Below, piece by piece: positions 1 through 9,131 of a stretch of 29,095 nucleotides of DNA (its first letter is position 1; each line of letters begins with the position of its first letter). The stretch lies in NCBI GenBank assembly GCA_037442925.1, contig JBBIPG010000026.1, positions 1-29,095 on the forward strand. Reading direction: 5' to 3'. Under the pieces are notes generated by a model. That model made no database searches. It saw only the letters and a list, made by a program, of their open reading frames with translations, and had not been told where the DNA came from. This stretch comes from Candidatus Fraserbacteria bacterium. GTDB taxonomy: Bacteria > Bipolaricaulota > Bipolaricaulia > RBG-16-55-9. Both the position numbers and the translations under genes were made by a program.

Positions 1-506
1 ATGGCCACCATCCCTCCGCTCAGGCCCGTCACCTGCACCGGCACCGGGCTACAACTAATGCTAAACTGCTCATTTGTACATTGAGCAGTTGTCGGAGTGC
101 CTAGTTGCCCTGCATAATTGGCCCCCCAGGCCCAGACGGTCCCGTCGCTCTTCACTGCCAGACTGTGACTGACACCGGCGCTAGCGGCGATGGCAACTAC
201 GTCACTCAGGCCCGCCACCTGCACGGGCACAGAGCTATCCGTGAGTGTGCCATCGCCCAGTCGGCCTGCATAATTGACCCCCCAGGCCCAGACGGTCCCA
301 TCCTGCTTGAGAGCAAGCCTGTAAGCGTGACCCACGGAGATGGCCTTGACGAAATGGGGATCGGTCAATGCCGTTGCGGACTGAGGCGACACAGCTGGGG
401 AGATTAGAGGACCGCCGGCTCTCAGAAAGAAGACACCACCGAGGATCAAGACCAGCAGCGTTAAGCTACCCGCAATATAGAGCTGTGGCTTGCGATCCAC
501 GCGCAT
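1..506 (-). CDS. RCC1/BLIP-II beta-propeller repeat protein with N-terminal signal/TM segment; runs off the left window edge
   Basis: Absent from the ORF track; translated by hand from ATG at 506 (SD GAGGTG): MRVDRKPQLYIAGSLTLLVLILGGVFFL...LALKQDGTVWAWGVNYAGRLGDGT...VPVQV...HSLAVKSDGTVWAWGANYAGQLG. Open to position 1. Confidence 0.9.
   Translation of the reverse strand, partial: MRVDRKPQLYIAGSLTLLVLILGGVFFLRAGGPLISPAVSPQSATALTDPHFVKAISVGHAYRLALKQDGTVWAWGVNYAGRLGDGTLTDSSVPVQVAGLSDVVAIAASAGVSHSLAVKSDGTVWAWGANYAGQLGTPTTAQCTNEQFSISCSPVPVQVTGLSGGMVA
109..299. repeat. Coding direct repeat (35 bp, 1 mismatch, 156-bp period) from RCC1 repeats
   Basis: cctgcataattg[g/a]ccccccaggcccagacggtccc at 109-143 and 265-299. 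Confidence 0.9.
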
Positions 507-512
507 GGCACC

Positions 513-3251
513 TCACCTCTTCCAAGACAGGCCCTGGATACAGACTTGCTGCATCGGAGTATTGTCCGAGCAGATTCGGGGTCCGATTCCCCCTATGATA
601 GCGGGCTCTTCCTCCACACCCTGCCCGCTATCGGGAGGGAGTGATCCATTGGTCGGCGGTGGGCTGCAGACAGCGGACACGACCTGTGCACTCGTACAGA
701 TGCCCATGGATTGGCAGACACCGGGGGCATCAATCTCATTCGCGCCTGCTGCGTAGACCACTTGACCATTCAAGACCACAGCTACTGTCACGGGAGCTGC
801 TTGCCCATTGATCACTTGCTGTATCTGATCTTCAAGAGAAGCGAGAGACTCTGCCTCGCAAGAGTGGATGACGATGAAGATGTACGGGATGGCACCTTTC
901 AGTGAGGAGAACTGAGAATCCGCTGCCCCTGCAAACACTTTCGTGACTAGGCTGCGTATTGTGTTGCTAAGTCGAAGAATCAGATCTCCCTTAGCGGAAG
1001 CGTCCACCGTGCTCAAGAAGGGCTGGACCAGAACGTAGCTCACGACCTTGCGCCCGTTGAAGGTCCCGGTAGCAATGATGTCCACCTGCTGATGGAACGT
1101 GCAGTTTTGACCGACTATGCAGATACCGCCCAAATAGTCGTTTGTCAGATCATACTCCAAGCGGACGAGATCCCACCCTTGGTCTACGAGCTTGATGGCC
1201 AGCTGGATCGTGTCCTCAAAGCGATAGAAGTTGTCGGATAGTCCGCCAGCTCCCGCAAAGACCGTCATCGCGGCCAGGTTCTGGAGATCCGTCAGCAGCA
1301 GTGGATATTGTTGGTGGTCAGTTGCGTATTGCAGAAGTCCGGCTATCGCTTCAAAGAGACTCGTACCATCAGCATAGGGGAACGCGCCGAGCCTAGGATC
1401 CTGGCTAGGCTTGTTGTTGTCGAGCATGGCTACACCAACCACGGCCACAGCGCCCAGCGATCGGATGAGCAGGTCCATCTCTGACGGCTTGTCGGCGAAT
1501 TGGAGGAAGAAGTGCAAAAGGAAGGCGCTAGTGTTGTTGATAGCCGGCGCGGCTGCACCCTGGCAGCTAATTGAGTGGGCATCAAAAGTGGCTGTCCCTC
1601 CTTCGAGCTCGCATATGTAAGCTGCAATGGCATTTATGAGCGGATCTGTCACTGGATGGGTGTTAAGGTACTCATGGATGAAGCGATTCAGATCACACGA
1701 TGATGCAGTGGGACAGTTGGTCTGAACCCAGTTCCGTCCGTCGGCTAAGGCTGCAACAAGCTCATCCAGCGCCTGAGGACCGAGCGCACTCATCACCGCC
1801 TGGAACGACGCGATTAGGTCTAGCAGGTCCGCTATACAGAAGTCGGCACTCACTATGCTAAGACCGAAGAAGAAGCCGAACTCAAATCCCAGCGATACAC
1901 TTACGCAACCTGCACTAACGCCGGTTGCGCTGACACCGCTCGTCGGATTCGGAAAGTCGCCTTTGAGAGCCAGCTCGCGCAAACGCTGCACTGTCTGAAG
2001 ATTCACGTTCTGGAAGCCAGCCAATAACACACTCATTCGCGGATCGGGGAAGAACGCAATTCCCGGTTTATTGAGAGCTTGGGTCACTTGAGTGGACGCC
2101 TGAGCCACCCCATTGAAGAGCGACGGCCTCGTCTGGTTTTCCCACGTCTTCTCATACCAGCGCTCATCGTAGTCCATACACTGGAGTCGGCTTACCGCGC
2201 TCGCTGGACCCATATAGGGAGCAGGGCAATAGGGCAGCATGGGCTTCGGCAATTCTATTCCCTTGATGACCACGGGTGCAGGCGGCAGGGGCGGCGGACT
2301 CGGCGGAGCCGGCTTGGGTGCTGGCAACTTCGGCGGGGTTGGCGTCGGCTTGGGCACCGGCTTGATCACCGGTAGCTGCGGCACAGGTTCAGGCAGAATC
2401 TGCCACTTCGACCCCGATGTGCCCCCGGTACTTACCCGCTGCACCTTCACGGCGGTGTGCACGGCCCGATCCAGATCGAAGCTCATCCCGCCCGGCAGCA
2501 GTGCTTGCCCTGTGGTGGCTCCCACCTCCGGCACGACCACCAAGGCCGTGGCTTCATCCAAATCCGCGTTCAGAATCACCACCTGGGCTTGAGACCAGTC
2601 CAGCTCCTGAGCGCTCACGCCCTGTGATCCTGCAGTCGTGCTCAGCAGCGGCTGCACCTGAGAGGCGATCTCTTGTGTGCCGATCTCATCCGGGAGGAAG
2701 AGATCGACTCCTACTGGCTCCTCTGAGCTGGTGACCTCCTCTTCCAGCCCCACCTCCAGCTGCGTGAGCCATTGGCCTCCTTCGTCCACTCCTACCATGG
2801 CAGCCCAGCTGTTGCTCTCTTGAGCAGGCTCGTTCTCCAATAGATACAGCGCGGCATCACTGCCAGCAGGAACCTCGATGAGGGTGAGGTCTGGGCTCTC
2901 TTGCTGAGCGCTGAGTCCCTGCCCTCTGGCCTTGCCCTTCACCTTGCAGCCGTGGGCCTTGCTAAGCACCAGTTTCTTACCCCGGCGTTCGAGAGCCTGC
3001 TTGAGTAATTGGATCTCTCGTTTGTCCTTGAGGGCCTTCTCCGCCAGCTTCTTGGCCTGGCTGGGAGGAAGATCCTTCACGCAGTTTGGGGGACCTCCTT
3101 GGCCTTGGGCCGCGATCAGCCACGTTGAGCTGTCCATCACGGCAAGATCCTTCTGGACTACCTCATCGCTCGATAAGAAGAGAGAACAGCCGGTCAGAAT
3201 GCCCACCACCAAGAGAAGTCCTGCAAATCCCCCAATGTGTAGCGCCTTCAT
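513..3251 (-). CDS. Large lipoprotein of unknown function with Pro-rich linker and Cys-containing C-terminal half
   Basis: 912-aa ORF; lipobox ILTG-C; PKPTPTPPKLPAPKPAPPSPPPLPP linker; G-run SD; stop 6 bp before the RCC1 gene start. Confidence 0.85.
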   Translation of the reverse strand: MKALHIGGFAGLLLVVGILTGCSLFLSSDEVVQKDLAVMDSSTWLIAAQGQGGPPNCVKDLPPSQAKKLAEKALKDKREIQLLKQALERRGKKLVLSKAHGCKVKGKARGQGLSAQQESPDLTLIEVPAGSDAALYLLENEPAQESNSWAAMVGVDEGGQWLTQLEVGLEEEVTSSEEPVGVDLFLPDEIGTQEIASQVQPLLSTTAGSQGVSAQELDWSQAQVVILNADLDEATALVVVPEVGATTGQALLPGGMSFDLDRAVHTAVKVQRVSTGGTSGSKWQILPEPVPQLPVIKPVPKPTPTPPKLPAPKPAPPSPPPLPPAPVVIKGIELPKPMLPYCPAPYMGPASAVSRLQCMDYDERWYEKTWENQTRPSLFNGVAQASTQVTQALNKPGIAFFPDPRMSVLLAGFQNVNLQTVQRLRELALKGDFPNPTSGVSATGVSAGCVSVSLGFEFGFFFGLSIVSADFCIADLLDLIASFQAVMSALGPQALDELVAALADGRNWVQTNCPTASSCDLNRFIHEYLNTHPVTDPLINAIAAYICELEGGTATFDAHSISCQGAAAPAINNTSAFLLHFFLQFADKPSEMDLLIRSLGAVAVVGVAMLDNNKPSQDPRLGAFPYADGTSLFEAIAGLLQYATDHQQYPLLLTDLQNLAAMTVFAGAGGLSDNFYRFEDTIQLAIKLVDQGWDLVRLEYDLTNDYLGGICIVGQNCTFHQQVDIIATGTFNGRKVVSYVLVQPFLSTVDASAKGDLILRLSNTIRSLVTKVFAGAADSQFSSLKGAIPYIFIVIHSCEAESLASLEDQIQQVINGQAAPVTVAVVLNGQVVYAAGANEIDAPGVCQSMGICTSAQVVSAVCSPPPTNGSLPPDSGQGVEEEPAIIGGIGPRICSDNTPMQQVCIQGLSWKR

Positions 3252-3357
3252 GAAATTCCCCCCTTAGAGTTTTGCGCCAAGTGCAGGAGCCGATAGCGAA
3301 TGGAGAGAAAGCAGATGAGACCGGAGAGGCGATGGTTCTGCTTGTGAACTCTTCTTT

Positions 3358-3525
3358 GCCTTCGGCAGCCCGGCGACCATGGAAATCTCCTTGCTAGGGG
3401 AGTCTGTTGAGTCCAGGGAGTTTCTTGAGTCTTTGGACTCTTTCGACTCTGTGACTCCTCAGACTCTATCCGTAGGCCCGTGGCTTTGCGCTCCCAGCTT
3501 TCACTGGGTTTGCCTTTTCTGGTCC
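3358..3525 (-). ncRNA. c-di-GMP-I (GEMM) riboswitch with an unusually long insertion in the distal loop
   Basis: Minus strand AAAAGGCAAACCCAGTGAAAGCTGGGAGCGCAAAGCCACGGGCCTACGGA-(85 nt)-TCCATGGTCGCCGGGCTGCCGAA matches GEMM landmarks (GGCAAAC, GAAA tetraloop, GCAAAGC, CCUAxG/xAUGG receptor, GCCGA). It lies between a promoter and the lipoprotein gene. Confidence 0.88.
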
Positions 3526-3536
3526 TTCCCGCGGAT

Positions 3537-3565
3537 ACTCTACCACATGATTGTTGAAATGTCAA
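3537..3565 (-). promoter_or_regulatory. Sigma70-type promoter for riboswitch-lipoprotein-RCC1 transcript
   Basis: TTGACA-N17-TAGAGT with extended -10 TG. Confidence 0.8.
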
Positions 3566-3613
3566 GGGGGGGGGTAAGAGTATAAACACGTGCTATTAAC
3601 TATACCTAGCATA

Positions 3614-4375
3614 TCAGTTCTTCAGATGGTATCCTCGCCAAAAGAGGGTGATGGAGGTGAGCAGCAACCCAATGCCCAGAGCAGCGGTGATCCCCAAACC
3701 CACGGATGGGTCCGTATCCGCAATTCCCAGCAGACTATAGCGAAACCCGCCCGTGATGTACGTAAACGGATTGATCTGAGTGAGCACCTCCAAAATGGGA
3801 ACCCCGCGAATCATCTCCAGAGAGTAGAAGACCCCACCCAACATCACCAACGGGTCCAATAAGAAGATCGATATGGCGTTCACGCCATCCCAGCCCTTCG
3901 TCCATAGCCCCACGATGCAACCGAAGCTGGCAAACGCCAACGAGACCAACATCAAGTAGAGCACCATTAAGCCCGGATGAGCAAACGGAAGACTTGTAAA
4001 AGCAAAAGCCGCTCCCAAGACGATCACCCCGACAATGATCCCACGACATACGCCCGCTAAGATGATCGCCACCGCCATCTGCGTGTACGAGAGCGGACTG
4101 GAGAGAAAATCAGCGATGTTTCCCTGCCAGCGGGATTGAAACACACTGTAGGCCGGGTTATAGAAGGAGTTCATAATGACAGACATCATCATGACGCCCG
4201 GCAGCATGAACTGAATGTACGGGAACGTTCCCACAACTCCCAAACGCGATCCCAAGGCCAACCCGAATACGAAGATGAAGAGGATCGTCGAGATGATGGG
4301 AGGCGCAATGGTGTCCAGAGAACCCTTGAGGTAGCGGACCATCTCGCGCTTCCAAAGAGTATAAAAGCCAATCAT
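3614..4375 (-). CDS. ABC-2 type transporter permease (YadH-like)
   Basis: Multi-TM protein; QFMLPGVMMM and INPFTYITGGFR motifs; overlaps ATPase stop. Confidence 0.9.
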   Translation of the reverse strand: MIGFYTLWKREMVRYLKGSLDTIAPPIISTILFIFVFGLALGSRLGVVGTFPYIQFMLPGVMMMSVIMNSFYNPAYSVFQSRWQGNIADFLSSPLSYTQMAVAIILAGVCRGIIVGVIVLGAAFAFTSLPFAHPGLMVLYLMLVSLAFASFGCIVGLWTKGWDGVNAISIFLLDPLVMLGGVFYSLEMIRGVPILEVLTQINPFTYITGGFRYSLLGIADTDPSVGLGITAALGIGLLLTSITLFWRGYHLKN

Positions 4376-5310
4376 TTCCCATCCTTGAGCCCCTGCGTGA
4401 TCTCGAGGAAGACATCTTCCAAGCGAGCACGCTGAGTATGGATCGCGCTGATCTTAAGACCGCCTCTAGCTAGTGCGCTCAGAGTTTCCAGAACATGCGC
4501 ATCTTCCAGAGTGCCCGCAAGCCGAAGTCTTCCGTTCTCCAACGTGTACTCGATGCCCGATAGTTGAACACGTGTTGGCCAATACGAAGAGGAAGCCAGC
4601 TCGATCTCAACGAAGTCCCGCTGCGCGCTCTTGGTGAGCTCCGTGGGGGGTCCCACCGCGAGCAATTCCCCTCGATCGAGGATGGCCACGCGCTCGCAGA
4701 GCCGTTCGGCCTCTTCGAGATAGTGCGTTGTGAGGAGAATCGTCCTGCCCTGAGCATTCAGCTCTTTCATCAGTTCCCAGATCTGACGGCGCAGCGCCAC
4801 ATCAGCTCCCGCCGTGGGCTCGTCAAGAATTAGAATTTCTGGATCATGGATGAGGGCTTTCGCAAGCAAGAGACGTCGCTTCATGCCTCCGGAAAGCTCG
4901 CTCACTTTGGAGTGTTTCTTCTCACCGAGATCGAAGCGTTCCAGCAGCTCATCGGCGCGTCGTTTGGCCTCACGGGAGCGAATCCCGAAGTAGCCTGCAT
5001 TGTAGATGAGGATCTCGCGCACGTTGAGGAACCAGCTGTCGAGCACTTCTTCCTGAGGCATGACTCCCACCCTGCGATGCACCTGGCGATAGTCCCGCAC
5101 GGCGTCGAGGCCATTCACCAACACACAACCCGCTGTGGGTTTCACCAGACCTGCAATCACGTGTATACTGGTCGTCTTGCCCGCACCGTTGGGCCCCAAA
5201 AGCCCAAAGAATTCGCCTTGCTTGATATCGAGCGTGAGGTCTTTTACAGCTACGACATTTGGGTAGATTTTGCGAAGATGCTGAAATGAGATCGCGATCT
5301 TTCCCGTCAT
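4372..5310 (-). CDS. ABC-2 type transporter ATP-binding protein (YadG-like)
   Basis: Walker A GPNGAGKT, signature LSGGM, Walker B ILILDEPT, H-loop TTHY. Confidence 0.95.
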   Translation of the reverse strand: MTGKIAISFQHLRKIYPNVVAVKDLTLDIKQGEFFGLLGPNGAGKTTSIHVIAGLVKPTAGCVLVNGLDAVRDYRQVHRRVGVMPQEEVLDSWFLNVREILIYNAGYFGIRSREAKRRADELLERFDLGEKKHSKVSELSGGMKRRLLLAKALIHDPEILILDEPTAGADVALRRQIWELMKELNAQGRTILLTTHYLEEAERLCERVAILDRGELLAVGPPTELTKSAQRDFVEIELASSSYWPTRVQLSGIEYTLENGRLRLAGTLEDAHVLETLSALARGGLKISAIHTQRARLEDVFLEITQGLKDGK

Positions 5311-5654
5311 GTCTCTCCCTGTCTTAGCAATTGCTCTCCTAGCTCAATCGCAGCCTCCAAGGTGATATGATAGGCCTGTGTCAGCGCTTGTTCATCCGCA
5401 AAAGCCAAGCCAGCATGACCCTCGTTCAATACATGCAATGATTTATAAAATGCCTGCAACATCGCAACCGTGCCCTGGTCTATATTCGAGAGGATTCCTG
5501 GATGTAGGGCCTCATATTCCTGAAAGCGATACCCCTGTGCAACAGAATCATCTTCGGAGTCTGGCATATGCAGCATGGCCAGATCTCGGCGCAAGCGCTT
5601 CACATTCTGCGTCACTTCTTGGAGCAGTGCGTCAGGAAATCTGTTCACGAGCAT
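5307..5654 (-). CDS. Hypothetical helical protein (115 aa), first gene of the ABC-2 operon
   Basis: ATGA overlap with the ATPase. Start moved from 5693 to ATG 5654 because an extended -10 (TGcTACAAT) lies within the track's N-terminal extension. Confidence 0.65.
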   Translation of the reverse strand: MLVNRFPDALLQEVTQNVKRLRRDLAMLHMPDSEDDSVAQGYRFQEYEALHPGILSNIDQGTVAMLQAFYKSLHVLNEGHAGLAFADEQALTQAYHITLEAAIELGEQLLRQGET

Positions 5655-5693
5655 GATTGCACCCGGATCATTGTAGCAAGATAATGAACCCAT

Positions 5694-5842
5694 ATGCAGG
5701 AAGATACTTCGCTTCGCATCAACGATGACTTGTCGATCCCGTTAAGCGAGCTGCGGTTTCAGTTCAGTCGAAGCAGCGGACCCGGTGGACAACACGTCAA
5801 CCGGTCTGCCACCCGAGTCGAGTTGGTTTTCGATGCGGCACA
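5694..5842 (+). pseudogene. arfB: N-terminal fragment of alternative ribosome-rescue factor ArfB/YaeJ, in frame with downstream nth
   Basis: IPLSELRFQFSRSSGPGGQHVNRSATRVELVFD is the typical ArfB N-terminus with GGQ. Similarity ends after ~50 codons and the basic C-terminal tail is absent. Confidence 0.8.
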
Positions 5843-5871
5843 TTGCCCAGACAGCACCCTTTGGCTATGCT
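5843..5871 (+). promoter_or_regulatory. Putative internal promoter for nth
   Basis: TTGCCC-N17-TATGCT, 14 nt before ATG 5886. Confidence 0.55.
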
Positions 5872-5885
5872 CTTTCACAACTACC

Positions 5886-6551
5886 ATGCGCGACCAAGAA
5901 CGCCTGCTTCGTATCGCCGCACGCTTTGAAGAGTTCTATGGCCCGATTCCCTGGAAGAGCCACGGTGAGCCGCTGGATATTCTCATTCTTACAATTCTTT
6001 CTCAGAACACGAACGACACCAATCGAGATCGGGCCTATGAATCACTCAACGAAAAGTTCCCCAGCTATGAAGCCATAGTCAAAGCGGACGTGAAGAAGCT
6101 AGCAGAAGCCATTAAAGTAGGTGGCCTCCATCGCCAGAAAGCCCGCCGCATTCAGAAAATTCTTCGAGCCATCAAAGCCAAACACGGCAGCTATAGCCTC
6201 GATCACTTGAAGAAACTCAGCCGTGAAGAAGCTCTAAAAGATTTGCTCAAGCATGAGGGCGTGGGCAAGAAGACTGCCGGCATCGTCCTGACCTTCAGCT
6301 TGAATAAGCCCTACTTCCCCGTGGACACACACATTCATCGCATCACCCGCCGCCTCCGACTCGTCAAGAATAGACAAGACCCTCATGACGTCATGAACAG
6401 GCTCGTGCCCGATCACTTGAAATATCAGCTCCACTTGCACCTCATTCGCCACGGCCGCGAAACGTGCAAAGCCAGAAAGCCCTTATGCGATGGCTGCGTG
6501 ATTCGTGATCTTTGCCCTGTGCCCGAGAAAGGTCTTGCTAGAGACGATTGA
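5886..6551 (+). CDS. nth: Endonuclease III (HhH-GPD, 4Fe-4S)
   Basis: ILSQNTND, HhH GVGKKTA, PVDTH, CKARKPLCDGCVIRDLC iron-sulfur motif. Confidence 0.9.
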   Translation: MRDQERLLRIAARFEEFYGPIPWKSHGEPLDILILTILSQNTNDTNRDRAYESLNEKFPSYEAIVKADVKKLAEAIKVGGLHRQKARRIQKILRAIKAKHGSYSLDHLKKLSREEALKDLLKHEGVGKKTAGIVLTFSLNKPYFPVDTHIHRITRRLRLVKNRQDPHDVMNRLVPDHLKYQLHLHLIRHGRETCKARKPLCDGCVIRDLCPVPEKGLARDD

Positions 6552-6570
6552 GGCTCTTTCCGAACTTTTC

Positions 6571-6599
6571 TTGCAGGTGAGATGGTCTTCCCCTATAAT
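6571..6599 (+). promoter_or_regulatory. Promoter of guaB
   Basis: TTGCAG-N17-TATAAT. Confidence 0.7.
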
Positions 6600-6631
6600 G
6601 GCGTAACGCTACGACCGGGAGCCAGGATGCC

Positions 6632-8092
6632 ATGAGGATGGGCATAACCTTCGATGATGTGCTCTTAATTCCCCGCCGCTCGGATGTGCTCCCCGACGAA
6701 GTGGATGTCAGCACTCAGCTCACTCCCCACATTCACCTCAATGTCCCCATCATCAGTGCTGCGATGGACACCGTTACGGAATCTCGCATGGCCATCGCCA
6801 TGGCCGTCGAAGGCGGGGTCGGGGTTATCCATCGTTATTTACAACCTGAAGAGCAAGCTGAGGAAGTGCAGAAAGTCAAACGCTACGAATCCGGAGTCAT
6901 CAAAGATCCCTTTACGCTCGCTCCGGATGAGCCCGTGTGGAAAGCCCTCCAGTTGATGAGAGAGAAGCACATCTCCGGCGTGCCCATCGTAGACTCTCAA
7001 GGCCGACTCGAGGGCCTGGTGACGCGGCGCGACCTGCAATTTCAAATGGACCTCGAGGCACCCATTGCTAAAGTCATGACTCCTCGCGGAAAACTCATAA
7101 CCGCTCCGCCCGATGTCGACCTGGAGAAGGCGAAAGAGATCCTCCATGAGCATCGCATCGAAAAACTGCCTCTGGTCGATAAGAAATTCAGACTCCAAGG
7201 GCTCATCACCATCAAAGACATCTCGAAGGCTTCCGAGCACCCGCACGCCTGCAAAGACGAGCGAGGCCAGCTGATCGTTGGAGCTGCCGTGGGAACGGCT
7301 CTGGATCTTAAGCGCGAGGAATTGCTCTTGGAAGCCCAGGTCGATTTCTTCGTGGTGGACACCGCGCACGGGCACTCCACGCGCGTTTTAGAGAAAGTGC
7401 GCCTGCTCAAGCGTGAGTTCCCGGAGATCGATGTGATGGCCGGGAACGTCGCCACTTCTCAAGCGACTCTGGATCTGATCGATGCCGGGGCAGACGCCGT
7501 GAAAATTGGCCTGGGTCCCGGGGCGATTTGCACGACTCGGGTGATCGCTGGCATCGGCGTCCCGCAGCTTACGGCCGTTATGGATTGTGCCCAAGCGGCC
7601 AAAGAGGCGGGCATTCCCGTCACGGCCGATGGGGGGATTCGCTCCTCAGGCGATATCGTGAAAGCCCTGGCTGCCGGTGCCAGCTCCGTGATGTTGGGAG
7701 GCTTGCTGGCAGGCACGGAAGAAGCACCCGGTGAGCTCTACACCCTGCGGGGAGAGACGTATAAGACGTATCGAGGGATGGGCTCCGTGTCAGCCATGAA
7801 ATCCGCGCGGGATCGCGAGCGTCGCTACTTCTGGGATGAGACGAGAGAGCCCATCGCCGAGGGAGTCGAGGGACGAGTCAAGTATCGAGGGAAGCTTGCC
7901 GATGTCCTTCATCAGCTCGTCGGTGGGATCAAAGTGGGGATGGGCTACTTGGGCGCTGCGAATCTGGCGACACTTCGAGAGACGGCGGAGTTCATGCAGA
8001 TCACGCGCGCCGCGGTCATCGAGTCGCATCCGCACGACGTTCACATCACAAAAGAAGCGCCCAACTATCGCTTTGAGGACCGCGCCTCTTGA
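6632..8092 (+). CDS. guaB: IMP dehydrogenase with CBS pair
   Basis: [32 protein letters not shown] (catalytic Cys), YRGMGS, flap RY, EGVEG, ESHPHDV. Confidence 0.95.
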   Translation: MRMGITFDDVLLIPRRSDVLPDEVDVSTQLTPHIHLNVPIISAAMDTVTESRMAIAMAVEGGVGVIHRYLQPEEQAEEVQKVKRYESGVIKDPFTLAPDEPVWKALQLMREKHISGVPIVDSQGRLEGLVTRRDLQFQMDLEAPIAKVMTPRGKLITAPPDVDLEKAKEILHEHRIEKLPLVDKKFRLQGLITIKDISKASEHPHACKDERGQLIVGAAVGTALDLKREELLLEAQVDFFVVDTAHGHSTRVLEKVRLLKREFPEIDVMAGNVATSQATLDLIDAGADAVKIGLGPGAICTTRVIAGIGVPQLTAVMDCAQAAKEAGIPVTADGGIRSSGDIVKALAAGASSVMLGGLLAGTEEAPGELYTLRGETYKTYRGMGSVSAMKSARDRERRYFWDETREPIAEGVEGRVKYRGKLADVLHQLVGGIKVGMGYLGAANLATLRETAEFMQITRAAVIESHPHDVHITKEAPNYRFEDRAS

Positions 8093-8196
8093 TGGCAGTT
8101 TGAATTCGTTTTGAATTCGTTGTAAAAAGAGTTCGGATCGATCCCAAGGAGGGAGAGGAGAACCCTACCCTTCTTAGAAAACAGAGGAGGTCAACG

Positions 8197-9087
8197 ATGT
8201 ACATCAGCAAGAAGTTTCTCGCTTTGGGGCTGATTGCCCTGGTCGGGCTTGTGCTGTCCGGTTCGTTGTTAGCAGACGATCCGACGCTGGCGCAAAAGTC
8301 GACTCTGGAATCCATCCTCCAGAGCGGCAAGATCACCGTATGCTCGGATTTTCCGTTTGAACCCTTCGAGTTCGAGGACGAGCAGGGCAATCTCGTGGGT
8401 TTGGATGTCGATCTCATCAAGATGCTCGCCAAGCAGATGGAAGTGACCTTCGAGTTCCTCGCCACCCCCTTCGACACCATCATCCCGGCTCTCAACGCCC
8501 GCAACTGCGATCTCATCGCATCGGACATCACCGCCACTCTCAAGCGGGCTCTGACGGCCAATTTCACGGAGCCGTACCTGCGAACGGGCCAAATCGTGCT
8601 GCTGAGCACCAGCCCGAATCGGCCTCTGGCCAATGCCGTGCAACAGTATGGCGATTTGAACAAAGAGGGTGTGATCCTCACGGTACAGCTGGGCACCACA
8701 GGCGAGGAAGCCGCCCGGAAGTTCTTCCCCAAAGCGCAGATCAACACGTTTGACAATGCACAGCTGGCCCTGCAGGCGGTCGTCGCTGGTAACGCGGATG
8801 CCATCGTCTTTGATGATGTGTTCCTGCGCCCGCAGGCTGCTATTGTAGGGAACGCCGGAGTGCTCTGTTGCCCGCGGGGAAACCCGGAGAGACTGACCGA
8901 AGAGCCGATCGCCCTGGCGATCCGCAAAGGAGATCCCGATTTCCTGACCTACTTGAACCTGTTCATTCGCGAAGCGGGCACGACCATCCGTGTGACACAA
9001 GAGCTGGCCGACGAGTTCAAATTCCCGGCGAAGACGATTGGGATGACCTTCCTGGATGCACTTGTGGCGACATGGTTGGAGAAATAG
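8197..9087 (+). CDS. Polar amino-acid ABC transporter substrate-binding protein (family 3)
   Basis: Signal peptide; FEPFEF, GLDVDL, FDTIIPAL, FTEPY, VQLGTT; SD GAGGAGG. Confidence 0.93.
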   Translation: MYISKKFLALGLIALVGLVLSGSLLADDPTLAQKSTLESILQSGKITVCSDFPFEPFEFEDEQGNLVGLDVDLIKMLAKQMEVTFEFLATPFDTIIPALNARNCDLIASDITATLKRALTANFTEPYLRTGQIVLLSTSPNRPLANAVQQYGDLNKEGVILTVQLGTTGEEAARKFFPKAQINTFDNAQLALQAVVAGNADAIVFDDVFLRPQAAIVGNAGVLCCPRGNPERLTEEPIALAIRKGDPDFLTYLNLFIREAGTTIRVTQELADEFKFPAKTIGMTFLDALVATWLEK

Positions 9088-9131
9088 ACATAATCATTGC
9101 GGGACCAGCTCCATCACATACGATGTAGACT

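Noticed and set aside
3384..3468. Mini-CRISPR or coding repeat (ORFs 3248-3589 and 3379-3585)
   Set aside because: Units are 5-bp cores in inverted arrangement inside a riboswitch; the ORFs are low-complexity by-products.
8046..9000. Long antisense ORFs (also 19658-20482, 24219-25040 and others)
   Set aside because: Shadow frames of well-supported genes in GC-rich DNA, with no independent motifs.
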